Source: Nostoc sp. (GTDB lineage Bacteria; Cyanobacteriota; Cyanobacteriia; Cyanobacteriales; Nostocaceae). Taken from it: a stretch of DNA of 64,000 nucleotides. Positions within the stretch are counted from its first letter, which is position 1. Each line of letters begins with the position of its first letter. Shown one piece after another: positions 54,483-64,000 of this stretch. The position numbers and the translations under genes are program-made. The notes beneath the pieces are model-generated. The model saw nothing but the letters and a program-made list of their open reading frames with translations. It did not search any database and had not been told where the DNA came from. Location: the NCBI RefSeq assembly GCF_036917155.1, contig NZ_JBALDZ010000150.1:12699-76698 (forward strand), in the 5' to 3' direction.

Positions 54483-54815
54483 CTATACAAGCTTTCTTAT
54501 TAATTTAACTGATGTACTCAAACTAATGCGATCGCACAAGATACAGCAGTTTGCTTTTTAAGTTAGGTACAAAATGCAAGACTCACGCATTAGATATAAA
54601 GAGTTTCTACCTCCTGACTCCAAACCCGTAACTTTGTACTTTATGCAAAAGAAAACTGCTGTAACTAGTAGTCTGTCGAATTAACAATGCCACAGTCTAC
54701 TAGGTCTAAATTTATCGCGTGTTCCATTCAAACAATAATTTTTATAAATTATAGGGGCACAACAAGCCGTCGTACCCCTACAAATAATTGGTATTCCTTT
54801 CAATGGTTCAGCCGT

Positions 54816-55154
54816 TTAATCTTCGTCAAGGGCTGGGAAAGCTTCTTCAAGCTGCCACAACCGATCTTTATTTTCAACAAACCAAATACGAGTTTCTGGA
54901 GTTAATTTACTCCAAATGACTTCAACAGGGATGTGAGGAGAGGCATATTGGTACTGCTGACCAAGTAATTTGAGATTATCCGCCACATCATGGGGAATTC
55001 CGAATTGTTCCCAGTCAACTGTGATATTTCTTCCCGAAACTCCAGCTGTGGGGTCGAAAACCAATTGTGCCGATCTGACTAAATCAGCAAAGTGTTTTGG
55101 TTTGAGTTTGGTGATTTCCTGAAGTTGGAGTGATTCGTTATACTCTTGAGACAT
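54816..55154 (-). CDS. Conserved hypothetical protein
   Basis: 112-aa ORF; function not recognised. Confidence 0.7.
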   Translation of the reverse strand: MSQEYNESLQLQEITKLKPKHFADLVRSAQLVFDPTAGVSGRNITVDWEQFGIPHDVADNLKLLGQQYQYASPHIPVEVIWSKLTPETRIWFVENKDRLWQLEEAFPALDED

Positions 55155-55244
55155 GATCGCCGCAGTGGTAAAGATTATTGGTGTATTGAACTTACTGCCA
55201 GAGATTTCTATCCCAATATTTTTTAGTTTAGCGCAGAGCCTCAG

Positions 55245-55610
55245 TTAATCATTTTCGATCAGAACTGTAACAGCTGCGATCGCAATCAACATTTCGTCAT
55301 TTTTATCATTAAGTTCGGGAATAGCCCGCCCTTGAACTACCATCCCTCCAGATTCTACGATAAGAGTTTTTCGACCAAATGGTAGAACAGCGAGTACCTC
55401 TTCTTCCCTAACTTGTTCAGGGTATGGCACTGCTACCTGAACTTCTATAATCATTTCATTGGGATGACTTAAACCTGCAACTTCCCAAACACCAGGTAAA
55501 GCATTGTGAGCGATCGCATTACGTACTGCCCTAGATGCTGCTACTGTTGGTTCTTGTCCATGTTGATCTATTCCCATCCCCATTTCAATAATCAACCGTT
55601 TACGTGCCAT
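55245..55610 (-). CDS. Lin0512 family protein
   Basis: IEMGMGIDQHGQ...AASRAVRNAI motif. Confidence 0.85.
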   Translation of the reverse strand: MARKRLIIEMGMGIDQHGQEPTVAASRAVRNAIAHNALPGVWEVAGLSHPNEMIIEVQVAVPYPEQVREEEVLAVLPFGRKTLIVESGGMVVQGRAIPELNDKNDEMLIAIAAVTVLIEND

Positions 55611-55648
55611 TGCTACCTCAGGTAAATTCCGCATTTTTCACCAAAAAT

Positions 55649-55791
55649 AGGACTTACGCAAAAACTCTCTGAAACTCCTATTCCTTCGTGTCCTTTGCGT
55701 CCTTGTCCCTTGGCGTTAGCCTCTCCCTTTGGGATTCGGGGAGACGCTAACGCGAATGCGGTTCGTTTTTTCATGATTTTGCGTAAGTCCT
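55649..55791. mobile_element. MITE-like element
   Basis: Perfect 15-bp TIR AGGACTTACGCAAAA/TTTTGCGTAAGTCCT. Confidence 0.7.
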
Positions 55792-55947
55792 GCAAAAAAG
55801 GCAGAAGCCAGAGAAGTCACTTGGCAGAACACCGCATTATCTGACCAAATCAGAGGTTTGATGTCCTGCAAACCGCTCTCTACTAGACGCTTCCCAGTGG
55901 GAAACATACACTTGTCAGCACCTCCTGCCCCTGCCTTCTGAGATGCT

Positions 55948-56316
55948 TTAGATGGTACGCTGCAAGCGACTCAGACGTTCTGAGTAACTTTTCATCACCT
56001 GTAGGGCAAACATAGGTGTTTCCTGAACGGCAAAGAGAAACCCTTCCCGATCGAGGAAACCTAGCTTGCTATCCACCTTGGCAATAGCTGAGTAAGTTCT
56101 ATTTTTTACTCCTACAAGTACCCCGGCACCAAAAATTTCGCCCGTTTCAATGGTTTCTACAATCTTGCCATTGACTAATATATCTACCTCTCCTTCGAGA
56201 ATGCCATACATTTCATCACCAGACTGTCCTTCTTCAAAGATGACTTGGCCTGCTGAAAATGCTTTAGGATCGGGTTGTTTTTGAAAGATACTGACTGTTA
56301 CCACAGGACTAAGCAT
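55948..56316 (-). CDS. Stand-alone cyclic nucleotide-binding domain protein
   Basis: IFEEGQSGDEMYGILEGEV...GEIFG...RTYSA motif. Confidence 0.88.
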   Translation of the reverse strand: MLSPVVTVSIFQKQPDPKAFSAGQVIFEEGQSGDEMYGILEGEVDILVNGKIVETIETGEIFGAGVLVGVKNRTYSAIAKVDSKLGFLDREGFLFAVQETPMFALQVMKSYSERLSRLQRTI

Positions 56317-56517
56317 TAGAGCAACCCCAAAATTCTTTGTTTTTAAACGAAACTTTTAGATAGGTTTAGGCGAACCCAGAAAAGTATACTACTTTCTGTT
56401 GATTAACTCTCAACCTCCGCAAAATTCCTGATTGAGTCATTTAAACAGCACAGTAAGAGAATAACTACGAAAAAGAGTGAAATGAAATGTGACCGTCAAT
56501 TGTACCCTCCAAACAAA

Positions 56518-56550
56518 AAAACGGTAGAGCAATAAATACTCTACCGTTTT
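56518..56550 (-). terminator. clpC terminator
   Basis: AAAACGGTAGAG...CTCTACCGTTTT with a U-tract on the minus strand. Confidence 0.75.
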
Positions 56551-56590
56551 CTAATTTTCTATTTGAGATTTAAATCCCAAACCCTAAATC

Positions 56591-59059
56591 TTACTCAACA
56601 CCTTGGGGCAATAATTCCCGACGCTGTTGAGAACTAACTTGGACAATGCCATTTTCATCCACATCAACAAGGGCTGTATCGCCATCTTTGATACGACCAG
56701 ACAGAATTTCTTCTGCTAGGCTATCTTCTAACAGGCGCATAATTGCCCGACGTAATGGCCTTGCGCCGTAGCTGGGACTGTAACCTTCTTGGATTAAACG
56801 ATCCTTGAAGCGGTCTGTGACTTCTAAGGTGATACCCTTTTCCGTCAGACGACCAAATACTTCCTTGAGCATAATTTCGGCGATTTGGGTCACTTCCGGC
56901 TTGTTCAACTGACGGAAGACGATAATTTCATCGAGTCGGTTGAGGAACTCTGGACGGAAGTACTGCTTGAGTTCTTCGTTGACCAAAGAGCGAATCCGGT
57001 TGTAAGTTGACTCGCTGGCATCTTCGGAGAATTCAAAGCCGATACCGCTACCGCCTTTTTCAATTACCTTAGAACCAATATTGGAAGTTAAAATCAGCAA
57101 GGTGTTCTTGAAGTCCACCGTGCGACCTTTGGCATCAGTTAACCGACCATCTTCCAAAATTTGCAGCAGCATATTGAAGACATCGGGGTGGGCTTTTTCG
57201 ATTTCGTCGAACAACACCACGGTGTAAGGACGCCGCCGCACGGCTTCGGTCAACTGACCACCTTCGTTATAGCCAACATAACCTGGAGGGGAACCAATCA
57301 GCTTGCTGACGGTGTGACGCTCCATGTATTCGGACATATCTAAGCGGATCATCGCTTCTTCGGAACCGAAGAAGTAAGCAGCTAAGGACTTCGCCAACTC
57401 GGTTTTACCTACACCAGTCGGCCCAGAGAAGACAAAGCTAGCTATGGGTCGGTTGGGATTTTTCAAACCGACACGAGCGCGGCGAATTGCCCGTGAAACT
57501 GCTTTCACAGCTTCATCTTGACCAATTAAACGCTGGTGCAAGGTGTCTTCCATGTGCAGCAGCTTTTCAGATTCAGATTCGGTGAGTTTGTTCACCGGTA
57601 CTCCAGTCCAGGAAGCGACAATATGGGCAATGTCTTCTTCTGTAACTACAGGTTCTTCACCTTCTGTGCCAGTTGCATTGGTCTTGCTTTGAGCGATCGC
57701 GCGGATTTCGGCTTTGATTTCCATTTCGCGATCGCGCAATTCTCCAGCTTTGTCAAAGTCTTGGGAGCGCACCGCGTCATCTTTTTCTTTTAATATCTGA
57801 CGCAGTTCTTTATCTAACTCTTTGGCTGCGGGTGGCAGTTGGGAGTTAATCAAGCGCACCCTAGAACCAGCTTCATCAACTAAGTCGATGGCTTTATCTG
57901 GGAGGAAGCGATCGCTAATGTAACGGTCTGATAACTTCGCCGCCGCCACCAATGCTTCGTCGGAGATTTTCAGTTTATGGTGTTGCTCGTAGCGTTCGCG
58001 CAGACCATACAAAATTTCAATTGTTTCATCAACTGTCGGTTCGCCAACCATCACTGGTTGGAAACGCCGCTCTAGTGCTGCATCTCGCTCGATGTGCTTC
58101 CGGTATTCATCTAAGGTTGTAGCACCGATGCACTGCAACTCACCTCTGGCCAAAGCTGGCTTGAGGATATTCGCTGCGTCAATGGCACCTTCGGCTGCAC
58201 CCGCACCAATTAAGGTGTGTACCTCATCAATCACGAGAATGACATTACCCGCCGAGCGGATTTCATCCATGATTTTTTTCAAGCGTTCTTCAAATTCACC
58301 CCGGTACTTGGTTCCTGCTACGAGCAAACCAATATCCAGCGTGACGACGCGTTTATCTTCGAGGATGTCAGGGACATCTTTGGTGGCAATGCGTGAAGCT
58401 AAACCTTCTGCGATTGCCGTTTTGCCAACCCCTGGTTCCCCAATTAGCACGGGGTTATTTTTTGTTCGGCGACCCAAAATTTGAATCACTCGCTCAATTT
58501 CCTTGGCGCGTCCCACCACTGGATCGAGCTTATTATCGATTGCCATCTGGGTCAGGTTTGAGCCAAATTCATCCAGAGTCGGGGTTTTTGTGCGCCCAGA
58601 TGAACCACCTGGTGAAACTTCGGCAGTTTCTCCCAACATCCGGATGACTTGGGTTCTGACCTTAGATAGATCCACACCGAGGTTTTCTAGCACCCTGGCT
58701 GCGACGCCTTCCCCTTCGCGGATTAGGCCCAACAGCAGATGCTCGGTGCCAATGTAGTTATGCCCCAGTTGGCGTGCTTCTTCCAAGGAGAGTTCTAAAA
58801 CTCGCTTTGCCCGTGGTGTAAACGGAATTTCCACGGCAACAAAGCCCGATCCCCGTCCTATAATTTTTTCAACTTCAATTCGAGCATCTTTGAGATTGAC
58901 GCCCATTGATTTCAGCACCTTCGCAGCCACACCAGTGCCTTCGCCAATTAGACCCAGGAGGATCTGCTCGGTTCCGACAAAGTTGTGACCTAAACGGCGG
59001 GCCTCTTCTTGGGCCAGCATGATTACCTTAATGGCTTTTTCTGTGAAGCGCTCAAACAT
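56591..59059 (-). CDS. clpC: ATP-dependent Clp protease ATP-binding subunit
   Basis: MFERFTEKA start; two AAA+ modules ([16 protein letters not shown]); UVR-type M domain. Confidence 0.98.
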   Translation of the reverse strand: MFERFTEKAIKVIMLAQEEARRLGHNFVGTEQILLGLIGEGTGVAAKVLKSMGVNLKDARIEVEKIIGRGSGFVAVEIPFTPRAKRVLELSLEEARQLGHNYIGTEHLLLGLIREGEGVAARVLENLGVDLSKVRTQVIRMLGETAEVSPGGSSGRTKTPTLDEFGSNLTQMAIDNKLDPVVGRAKEIERVIQILGRRTKNNPVLIGEPGVGKTAIAEGLASRIATKDVPDILEDKRVVTLDIGLLVAGTKYRGEFEERLKKIMDEIRSAGNVILVIDEVHTLIGAGAAEGAIDAANILKPALARGELQCIGATTLDEYRKHIERDAALERRFQPVMVGEPTVDETIEILYGLRERYEQHHKLKISDEALVAAAKLSDRYISDRFLPDKAIDLVDEAGSRVRLINSQLPPAAKELDKELRQILKEKDDAVRSQDFDKAGELRDREMEIKAEIRAIAQSKTNATGTEGEEPVVTEEDIAHIVASWTGVPVNKLTESESEKLLHMEDTLHQRLIGQDEAVKAVSRAIRRARVGLKNPNRPIASFVFSGPTGVGKTELAKSLAAYFFGSEEAMIRLDMSEYMERHTVSKLIGSPPGYVGYNEGGQLTEAVRRRPYTVVLFDEIEKAHPDVFNMLLQILEDGRLTDAKGRTVDFKNTLLILTSNIGSKVIEKGGSGIGFEFSEDASESTYNRIRSLVNEELKQYFRPEFLNRLDEIIVFRQLNKPEVTQIAEIMLKEVFGRLTEKGITLEVTDRFKDRLIQEGYSPSYGARPLRRAIMRLLEDSLAEEILSGRIKDGDTALVDVDENGIVQVSSQQRRELLPQGVE

Positions 59060-59477
59060 GGCTTTATCCCATCATCTGCGGTCGTGCCGGTATGCTGATT
59101 TTAGCACAGGCAAAGCTTTTAGATGCCTGTATAACAGATTATAGACATCCTGAAGCTATGACTTTAGTTGATGGGCTAATTGTTAACTATTGACTACTCT
59201 TATCTGGCTAGTGTACTGAGGAGCTTTAGTTCACCAGCTTTTTTGGGATTTATTACAAATAGCTGACTGCTTAGATTAAGGGTTTCTTGATTTAATCCCA
59301 AACATTTATATATAACGTATATATTTCTTAATATCAAGCAAAAACAATTTACATGTTATATTCTTATAGATAAATAGTTTTTGATAATAAATTCAAATCT
59401 AAAATAGCTTAGTAAAGTTGCATTTTTTTGCTGAGGCCGATCGCAAGCCCCAATAATTCAAAATTAATAATGGCCAA

Positions 59478-60029
59478 CTACTTAAAAAGCAAGTGCCAAG
59501 AGGATTTATTCAGGCGATCGCTGACAATGGAATACCAGTGGTCTAAAGTTGCTTTAAATTTGGGGTGTTGTAAATCTGGGAGCCAAAGGATTAGGGCATC
59601 TTCATCGTTATCTTGGTAGTAACGCCGCCGCCGCCCTGCTGTTTTGAAGCCAAATTTTTGATATAAAGATATAGCCCCCAAGTTGGAAGCTCGCACTTCG
59701 AGGGTAGCTCGTTCCATTTTGCGATCGCAAGCTGTCTTGATAAGTGAATATAATAAAGCCTGTCCCATTCCTTGACGGTGATATTCGGGATGAACCGCCA
59801 AAATTGTAATGTGGGCTTCGTCTAAAATTGACCAAAAGCAACCCATTCCCAATAGTCTCGAATTAGAGACAGGGGAAAACAAACCCAGCAAATCACTATT
59901 GGGACTGTCCAACTCTCTTTGGTAGCCTTCCATTGTCCATAGACCGCCAAAACAAGCTTGATCCAGTTTTAACAATGCACTGAGATGCTCTGGAGTCAGT
60001 AATTTAATTTCTAAGTCTAATGAGATCAC
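59478..60029 (-). CDS. rimI: Ribosomal protein S18 alanine N-acetyltransferase
   Basis: EAHITILAVHP, TLEVRASN and RRRYYQD motifs; GTG start. Confidence 0.92.
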   Translation of the reverse strand: MISLDLEIKLLTPEHLSALLKLDQACFGGLWTMEGYQRELDSPNSDLLGLFSPVSNSRLLGMGCFWSILDEAHITILAVHPEYHRQGMGQALLYSLIKTACDRKMERATLEVRASNLGAISLYQKFGFKTAGRRRRYYQDNDEDALILWLPDLQHPKFKATLDHWYSIVSDRLNKSSWHLLFK

Positions 60030-60039
60030 ATTAATTGAA

Positions 60040-60312
60040 TAACGTTACAAAGCCTTTTTGACACTCTCAGGTCTAAAGACACTGAAATTCTAGGTTCTTC
60101 CAAACAGCCTTAAATTTTGATGTCCCACCCACTAATCGCCGACTAGTAGACTGGCAGTACTTAACCAAACATTCGTACTAACGCACGAGATGCCCAGTCA
60201 ATTCATCAAAAACCCAGTGGGCATTTGTCCCCAAGCTTTCGGTTACTTGATTGAGAGTGTCTTAAAATCCTGGTTCTCTCTTTTCTCCAGATTCCAGCGT
60301 GCCCCGCCGTAT
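60040..60312 (-). ncRNA. Putative TnpB omega-RNA (reRNA) scaffold plus flanking guide
   Basis: Located at the element right end, with nested stems and 10-bp complementarity between 60252-60261 and 60060-60069. Expression is not shown. Confidence 0.5.
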
Positions 60313-60471
60313 CTTTTTTAATTAAGGTTTTTCTTTTCTGGGATTGTCGATACCTGCTGGGTATCATCGGTTTTTATAGAGGTTTTTCCTGCCTCTAGCA
60401 TTACTACAACAAGCCAATCGTGTAGGGACACCCTAGATTTGTATTGTCACGTACTAGCAGTTTTTCAGCCT

Positions 60472-60494
60472 GTGCTATATCTTTAGTATAGCAC
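60472..60494. promoter_or_regulatory. Palindromic operator
   Basis: GTGCTATA-N7-TATAGCAC, ending 11 bp before the RHH ATG. Confidence 0.55.
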
Positions 60495-60505
60495 TCGGTT
60501 CTAAG

Positions 60506-60718
60506 ATGGTAACAGGAAAAGGCAAAAAACGATTAAGAAATATCCCCGTTTTTTATGACAGTCCAAAAAAGAGTCGTACCATTTGGTTGACAGATGATGC
60601 GTGGCAAATGATTGAAAGACTAGCTAGTACTTTTGAAGCAACAAGTAAAAGCGAGTACTTAGAAGAACTAATTAGAAAGCGCTACTTTGAGGCTAATGCT
60701 AATGTTGACTGCGACTAA
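60506..60718 (+). CDS. Ribbon-helix-helix/CopG-like protein carried by the IS element
   Basis: KKSRTIWLTDDAWQMIERLA...SKSEYLEELIR beta-alpha-alpha pattern. Confidence 0.7.
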   Translation: MVTGKGKKRLRNIPVFYDSPKKSRTIWLTDDAWQMIERLASTFEATSKSEYLEELIRKRYFEANANVDCD

Positions 60719-60846
60719 AGTCGCACGAATCGCTTAATCTAGGCACTGAAGTGACTGAAGCTCTAGGCTTACCGTTTAGCTTGTAAACTGAGAATCGGGA
60801 GACGAACTCAAAGCCCGTAATTTGAACAAGGAAAACTTTTATAGTT

Positions 60847-62370
60847 ATGGTATCGACTCACCCCACTGGGGTTCAACATTCTGGAAGTCAATATTTACCT
60901 CAAAGGCACGACACCAGCACAAATCCATCGCCTAATCAAGAACTTTTACCCTTGACTGCCAGAGTTCATCATCATGACCTCCTGGAAATTGGTGGGTGTG
61001 ATGTCACAACCCTAGTTAAGCAGTTTGGTTCACCTTTATATATTTTAGATGAAGAAACCCTGCGTTCGGCTTGTCAGCAATACCGAGATGCTTTCAAGCA
61101 ATACTATAAGGGCGAATCTCAAGTATTGTACGCCTCAAAAGCTTGGAATTGTTTAGCCGTTTGTGCGATCACCGCATCTGAAGGACTGGGAATCGATGTC
61201 GTCTCTGGGGGCGAACTTTACACAGCCCTGCAAGCGGGTGTTAGTCCCAATAAAATCTACCTCCACGGCAATAATAAATCTCGTGAAGAATTAATTTTAG
61301 CGATCGCATCTGGTGTCACCATTGTGGCGGATAACTGGTATGAGTTGCGTACCCTTGTGGAAATAGCAGGGGAGCAGGGGAGCAGGGGAGCAGGGGGAGA
61401 TGGGGGAGATGGGGGAGATGAGGGAGGAGGGGGAGCAAGGGAAGTAAATTCCTCCTCATCCCCCTCATCCTCCTCATCCCCTCTGCCTATTCGCATCATG
61501 CTACGGCTAACTCCCGGTATTGAGTGTCACACGCATGAATACATTCGCACGGGACACTTAGATAGCAAATTTGGCTTTGATCCCAACGATTTAGATGAAG
61601 TTTTTACCTTTGTCAGTCAACAATCTGCCCTGAATTGCGTAGGAGTACACGCTCATATTGGTTCCCAAATTTTTGAGCGCCAACCACATCAAGATTTGGC
61701 CGCAGTCATGGTGCAGTGGCTGCGAGATGCTGCGAAGTTTGGTTTAAATATTACAGAGTTAAATGTTGGTGGCGGTTTAGGGATTAAATATACAGAATCA
61801 GACGATCCCCCCAGCATTGAAGAGTGGGTAAAGGCGATTTGTCAAGTAATCCAAGAAGCTTGTGCAGCCGAAAATCTGCCTTTGCCGAAATTACTGAGTG
61901 AACCGGGGCGATCGCTAATTGCTACAGCTTGTGTTACTGCTTACACCATCGGTTCATCCAAAGCCATCCCAGAAATTCGTACTTACGTGGCAATTGATGG
62001 AGGAATGTCTGACAATCCCCGCCCGATTACTTACCAATCAGTTTATCGGGCAGTTGTTGCCAATAAAATGTCTTTTCCTTTAACTGAAACAGTCACAATT
62101 GCTGGTAAACATTGCGAATCAGGAGATATTCTGATTAAAAACGCACTACTCCCAAAGACTGAATCAGGGGATATTCTCGTAGTTATGGGAACTGGTGCGT
62201 ACAATTACAGTATGGCATCTAACTACAACCGCTTGCCCCGATCGGCAGCAGTCGTAGTAGCGAATAGCGAAGCAAATTTAATTTTGCAACGTGAAACTTA
62301 TGAAGATTTAATTCGACAAGATCGCCTACCAGAAAGACTAAAAAATCAAGAGTTAGGAGTTAAGAGTTAG
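60847..62370 (+). CDS. lysA: Diaminopimelate decarboxylase
   Basis: YASKA, HIGSQ, EPGRS, GKHCESGD and GAYNYSMASNYN motifs; ~40-aa repeat-derived insertion. Confidence 0.96.
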   Translation: MVSTHPTGVQHSGSQYLPQRHDTSTNPSPNQELLPLTARVHHHDLLEIGGCDVTTLVKQFGSPLYILDEETLRSACQQYRDAFKQYYKGESQVLYASKAWNCLAVCAITASEGLGIDVVSGGELYTALQAGVSPNKIYLHGNNKSREELILAIASGVTIVADNWYELRTLVEIAGEQGSRGAGGDGGDGGDEGGGGAREVNSSSSPSSSSSPLPIRIMLRLTPGIECHTHEYIRTGHLDSKFGFDPNDLDEVFTFVSQQSALNCVGVHAHIGSQIFERQPHQDLAAVMVQWLRDAAKFGLNITELNVGGGLGIKYTESDDPPSIEEWVKAICQVIQEACAAENLPLPKLLSEPGRSLIATACVTAYTIGSSKAIPEIRTYVAIDGGMSDNPRPITYQSVYRAVVANKMSFPLTETVTIAGKHCESGDILIKNALLPKTESGDILVVMGTGAYNYSMASNYNRLPRSAAVVVANSEANLILQRETYEDLIRQDRLPERLKNQELGVKS

Positions 62371-62502
62371 AAGTTAGGAGTTGTGAACTTTAAGTTATGA
62401 GTTGTCAATTAAAGTTTTTTTCATAACTCATAACTCATAACTCCTAACTCCTAACTCCTAACTCCTAATTGTAATTAGAGGCAAAAGTGTAATCCAGATG
62501 TC

Positions 62503-63447
62503 ATGAGAGATTGGTGGAAGCAATGGCTGGCAAACCTGGGGTGGTCACAGTCCTTGCTACTTGGGACTCTGGATATTGTGTTAGTGCTGGTGCTGACGTA
62601 TATGATACTAGTTATCATTAGTGAGCGCCGAACACTGTGGATGGTGAGGGGATTCATTTTTTTAATGCTAGCCTCAGCACTAAGTGGCAGATTCGGACTA
62701 CCTCTGCTCAGTTTTGTACTGGAAAAGTTAGTGATTGGTTGTGCTGTAGCGATGGCAGTTGCTTTACAGTCGGAATTTCGGCGGTTTTTGGAGCAATTGG
62801 GGCGTGGCGAGTTTCGTCAGCTACTTCAACCCGACCGTCTGGCAATCCCCAAATCTGATAGTGTAATTGATGAAATTGTTGAGGCTGTTAAAGAATTGTC
62901 AAAAAACCGCATTGGAGCTTTACTAATTGTGGAAACCACAGGGCCAATTGATGAGCGAGATTTTTCTGTGCCAGGAGTAAAGCTAAATGCGGAGGTTTCT
63001 AAAGAATTGATCCAGACAATTTTCCAGCCGAAAACTTTGTTACACGATGGTGCGACACTGATCCGTGGATCACGCATTGTGTCATCGGGTATAATTTTAC
63101 CACTTTCGGGACGCACAGCCTCGCGCCAGTTGGGAACACGCCACCGGGCGGCAATGGGAATTACTGAGCGGGTCGAAAATTGCATTTGTGTCGTCGTATC
63201 TGAAGAAACGGGTTCTATTTCCTTAGCGGAAAGGGGAACCCTAAATAGACCGCTGACGATTAGGAAGCTGAAAGAGTCATTAGAGGCTCTTTTGTCTCCA
63301 ACCGTAGATAGGGAAGCTGTTGCTCCTGGTCTGTTGAGTTTTGTTCGTCGGATAGGTGGAAAGACACTAGCACTGGTTTCACGTTTACTCGGATTACCAC
63401 GTCTTCGACGCGCTACGCGAACGACCGCTTCTCGAGATAAAAAATGA
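62503..63447 (+). CDS. cdaA: Diadenylate cyclase
   Basis: Three TM helices plus LHDGA, GTRHRAA and VSEETG motifs. Confidence 0.95.
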   Translation: MRDWWKQWLANLGWSQSLLLGTLDIVLVLVLTYMILVIISERRTLWMVRGFIFLMLASALSGRFGLPLLSFVLEKLVIGCAVAMAVALQSEFRRFLEQLGRGEFRQLLQPDRLAIPKSDSVIDEIVEAVKELSKNRIGALLIVETTGPIDERDFSVPGVKLNAEVSKELIQTIFQPKTLLHDGATLIRGSRIVSSGIILPLSGRTASRQLGTRHRAAMGITERVENCICVVVSEETGSISLAERGTLNRPLTIRKLKESLEALLSPTVDREAVAPGLLSFVRRIGGKTLALVSRLLGLPRLRRATRTTASRDKK

Positions 63448-64000
63448 CAGCACAACAAACTAAACTGCAAGATTTACCTACTGACTTAAAACGAGAACTA
63501 TTGCCGCAGCACGTTGCGGTAATTATGGATGGCAATGGTCGATGGGCGAAACGTCAGGGTCTACCCCGAATTATGGGTCATAAGCGAGGGGTAGATGCTC
63601 TCAAAGATTTACTTCGCTGTTGTCAGGATTGGGGAATTCAGGCGTTGACAGCTTATGCTTTTTCAACAGAGAACTGGAAAAGACCGCAGGAAGAAGTGGA
63701 TTTTTTGATGACTCTGTTTCAAAGAGTTTTGCGGCAAGAACTGCGGGAAATGGTCGAAGAGAATGTTCAAATTAAGTTTGTCGGAAATTTGCAAGACCTG
63801 CCGCGATCGCTCCAACAAGAAATATCCCGTTCTATGGAAGAAACTAAGGATAATCGCGGTATCCGGTTTTCAGTAGCAACTAATTATGGTGGACGACAAG
63901 AGATTTTACAAGCTTGTCAGGCGATCGCCAAACAAGTGCAGCAAGGTATGCTACAACCTGATGAAATTAATGAGCAGGTGTTTGAGAGCCACTTGTACAC
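63444..64000 (+). CDS. uppS: Isoprenyl transferase (undecaprenyl diphosphate synthase), truncated by the window end
   Basis: ATGA overlap with cda[25 protein letters not shown] and NYGGRQE motifs. Confidence 0.95.
   Translation, partial: MTAQQTKLQDLPTDLKRELLPQHVAVIMDGNGRWAKRQGLPRIMGHKRGVDALKDLLRCCQDWGIQALTAYAFSTENWKRPQEEVDFLMTLFQRVLRQELREMVEENVQIKFVGNLQDLPRSLQQEISRSMEETKDNRGIRFSVATNYGGRQEILQACQAIAKQVQQGMLQPDEINEQVFESHLY

Larger units (their letters stand above)
60058..60777 (-). mobile_element. Non-autonomous IS200/IS605-family element (no tnpA or tnpB ORF)
   Basis: Minus-strand right end GAATTTCAGTGTCTTTAGACCTGAGAGTGTCAA (bulged hairpin plus TCAA); left-end hairpin TCAGTCACTTCAGTGCCTAGA; TnpB tail relics TAGHAG and AWG. 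Left boundary is approximate. Confidence 0.75.
1..64000. repeat. HIP1 octamer GCGATCGC, dispersed
   Basis: Dozens of copies in coding and non-coding DNA; a cyanobacterial hallmark. Confidence 0.95.

Noticed and set aside
60058..60470. Intact TnpB/IscB gene, or a 27-aa minus-strand ORF (MLEAGK...) as a real gene
   Set aside because: There is no long ORF and no RuvC or HNH motif; the short ORF has no recognisable features
62503..63447. Nucleotide cyclase as part of a CBASS-like defence system
   Set aside because: It is a membrane-bound DAC-family CdaA in the ordinary lysA-cdaA-uppS order, with no effector genes
62826..63470. 214-aa antisense ORF and similar shadow ORFs (e.g. 9828-10271, 12168-12611, 58092-58484)
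   Set aside because: They lie opposite well-supported genes and have no domain features

Overview
This is a chromosomal segment of a heterocyst-forming cyanobacterium, very likely Nostoc. The evidence is abundant HIP1 GCGATCGC sites, heptamer STRR arrays and Nostoc-type gene order. Most of the window is housekeeping genes: ictB, smpB, murBC, nadD, gap2, thiL, efp, accB, proS, era, cobQ, zds, iscA, a Cu ATPase, clpC, rimI and lysA-cdaA-uppS. The intergenic DNA is crowded with miniature repeats (STRRs, MITE-like inverted-repeat elements, REP-like hairpins and 21-24 nt insertions), and some of these have entered coding regions in frame. There are four main points of interest. (1) A ~720 bp IS200/IS605-type element lies between rimI and lysA. 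It has no transposase or TnpB ORF but keeps both end hairpins, an apparently enlarged TnpB omega-RNA-like scaffold, and a divergent 70-aa ribbon-helix-helix gene with a palindromic operator. (2) Two adjacent toxin-antitoxin pairs (HigBA and HicAB) each have the toxin broken by one nonsense codon while the antitoxin is intact. (3) A 58-aa RHH gene missed by the ORF track sits in a 2.6 kb ORF-poor region. (4) Several MITEs are nested, and one appears to supply the C-terminus of a gene. No CRISPR array, tRNA or rRNA was seen. All assignments come from reading motifs by eye; no searches were run.
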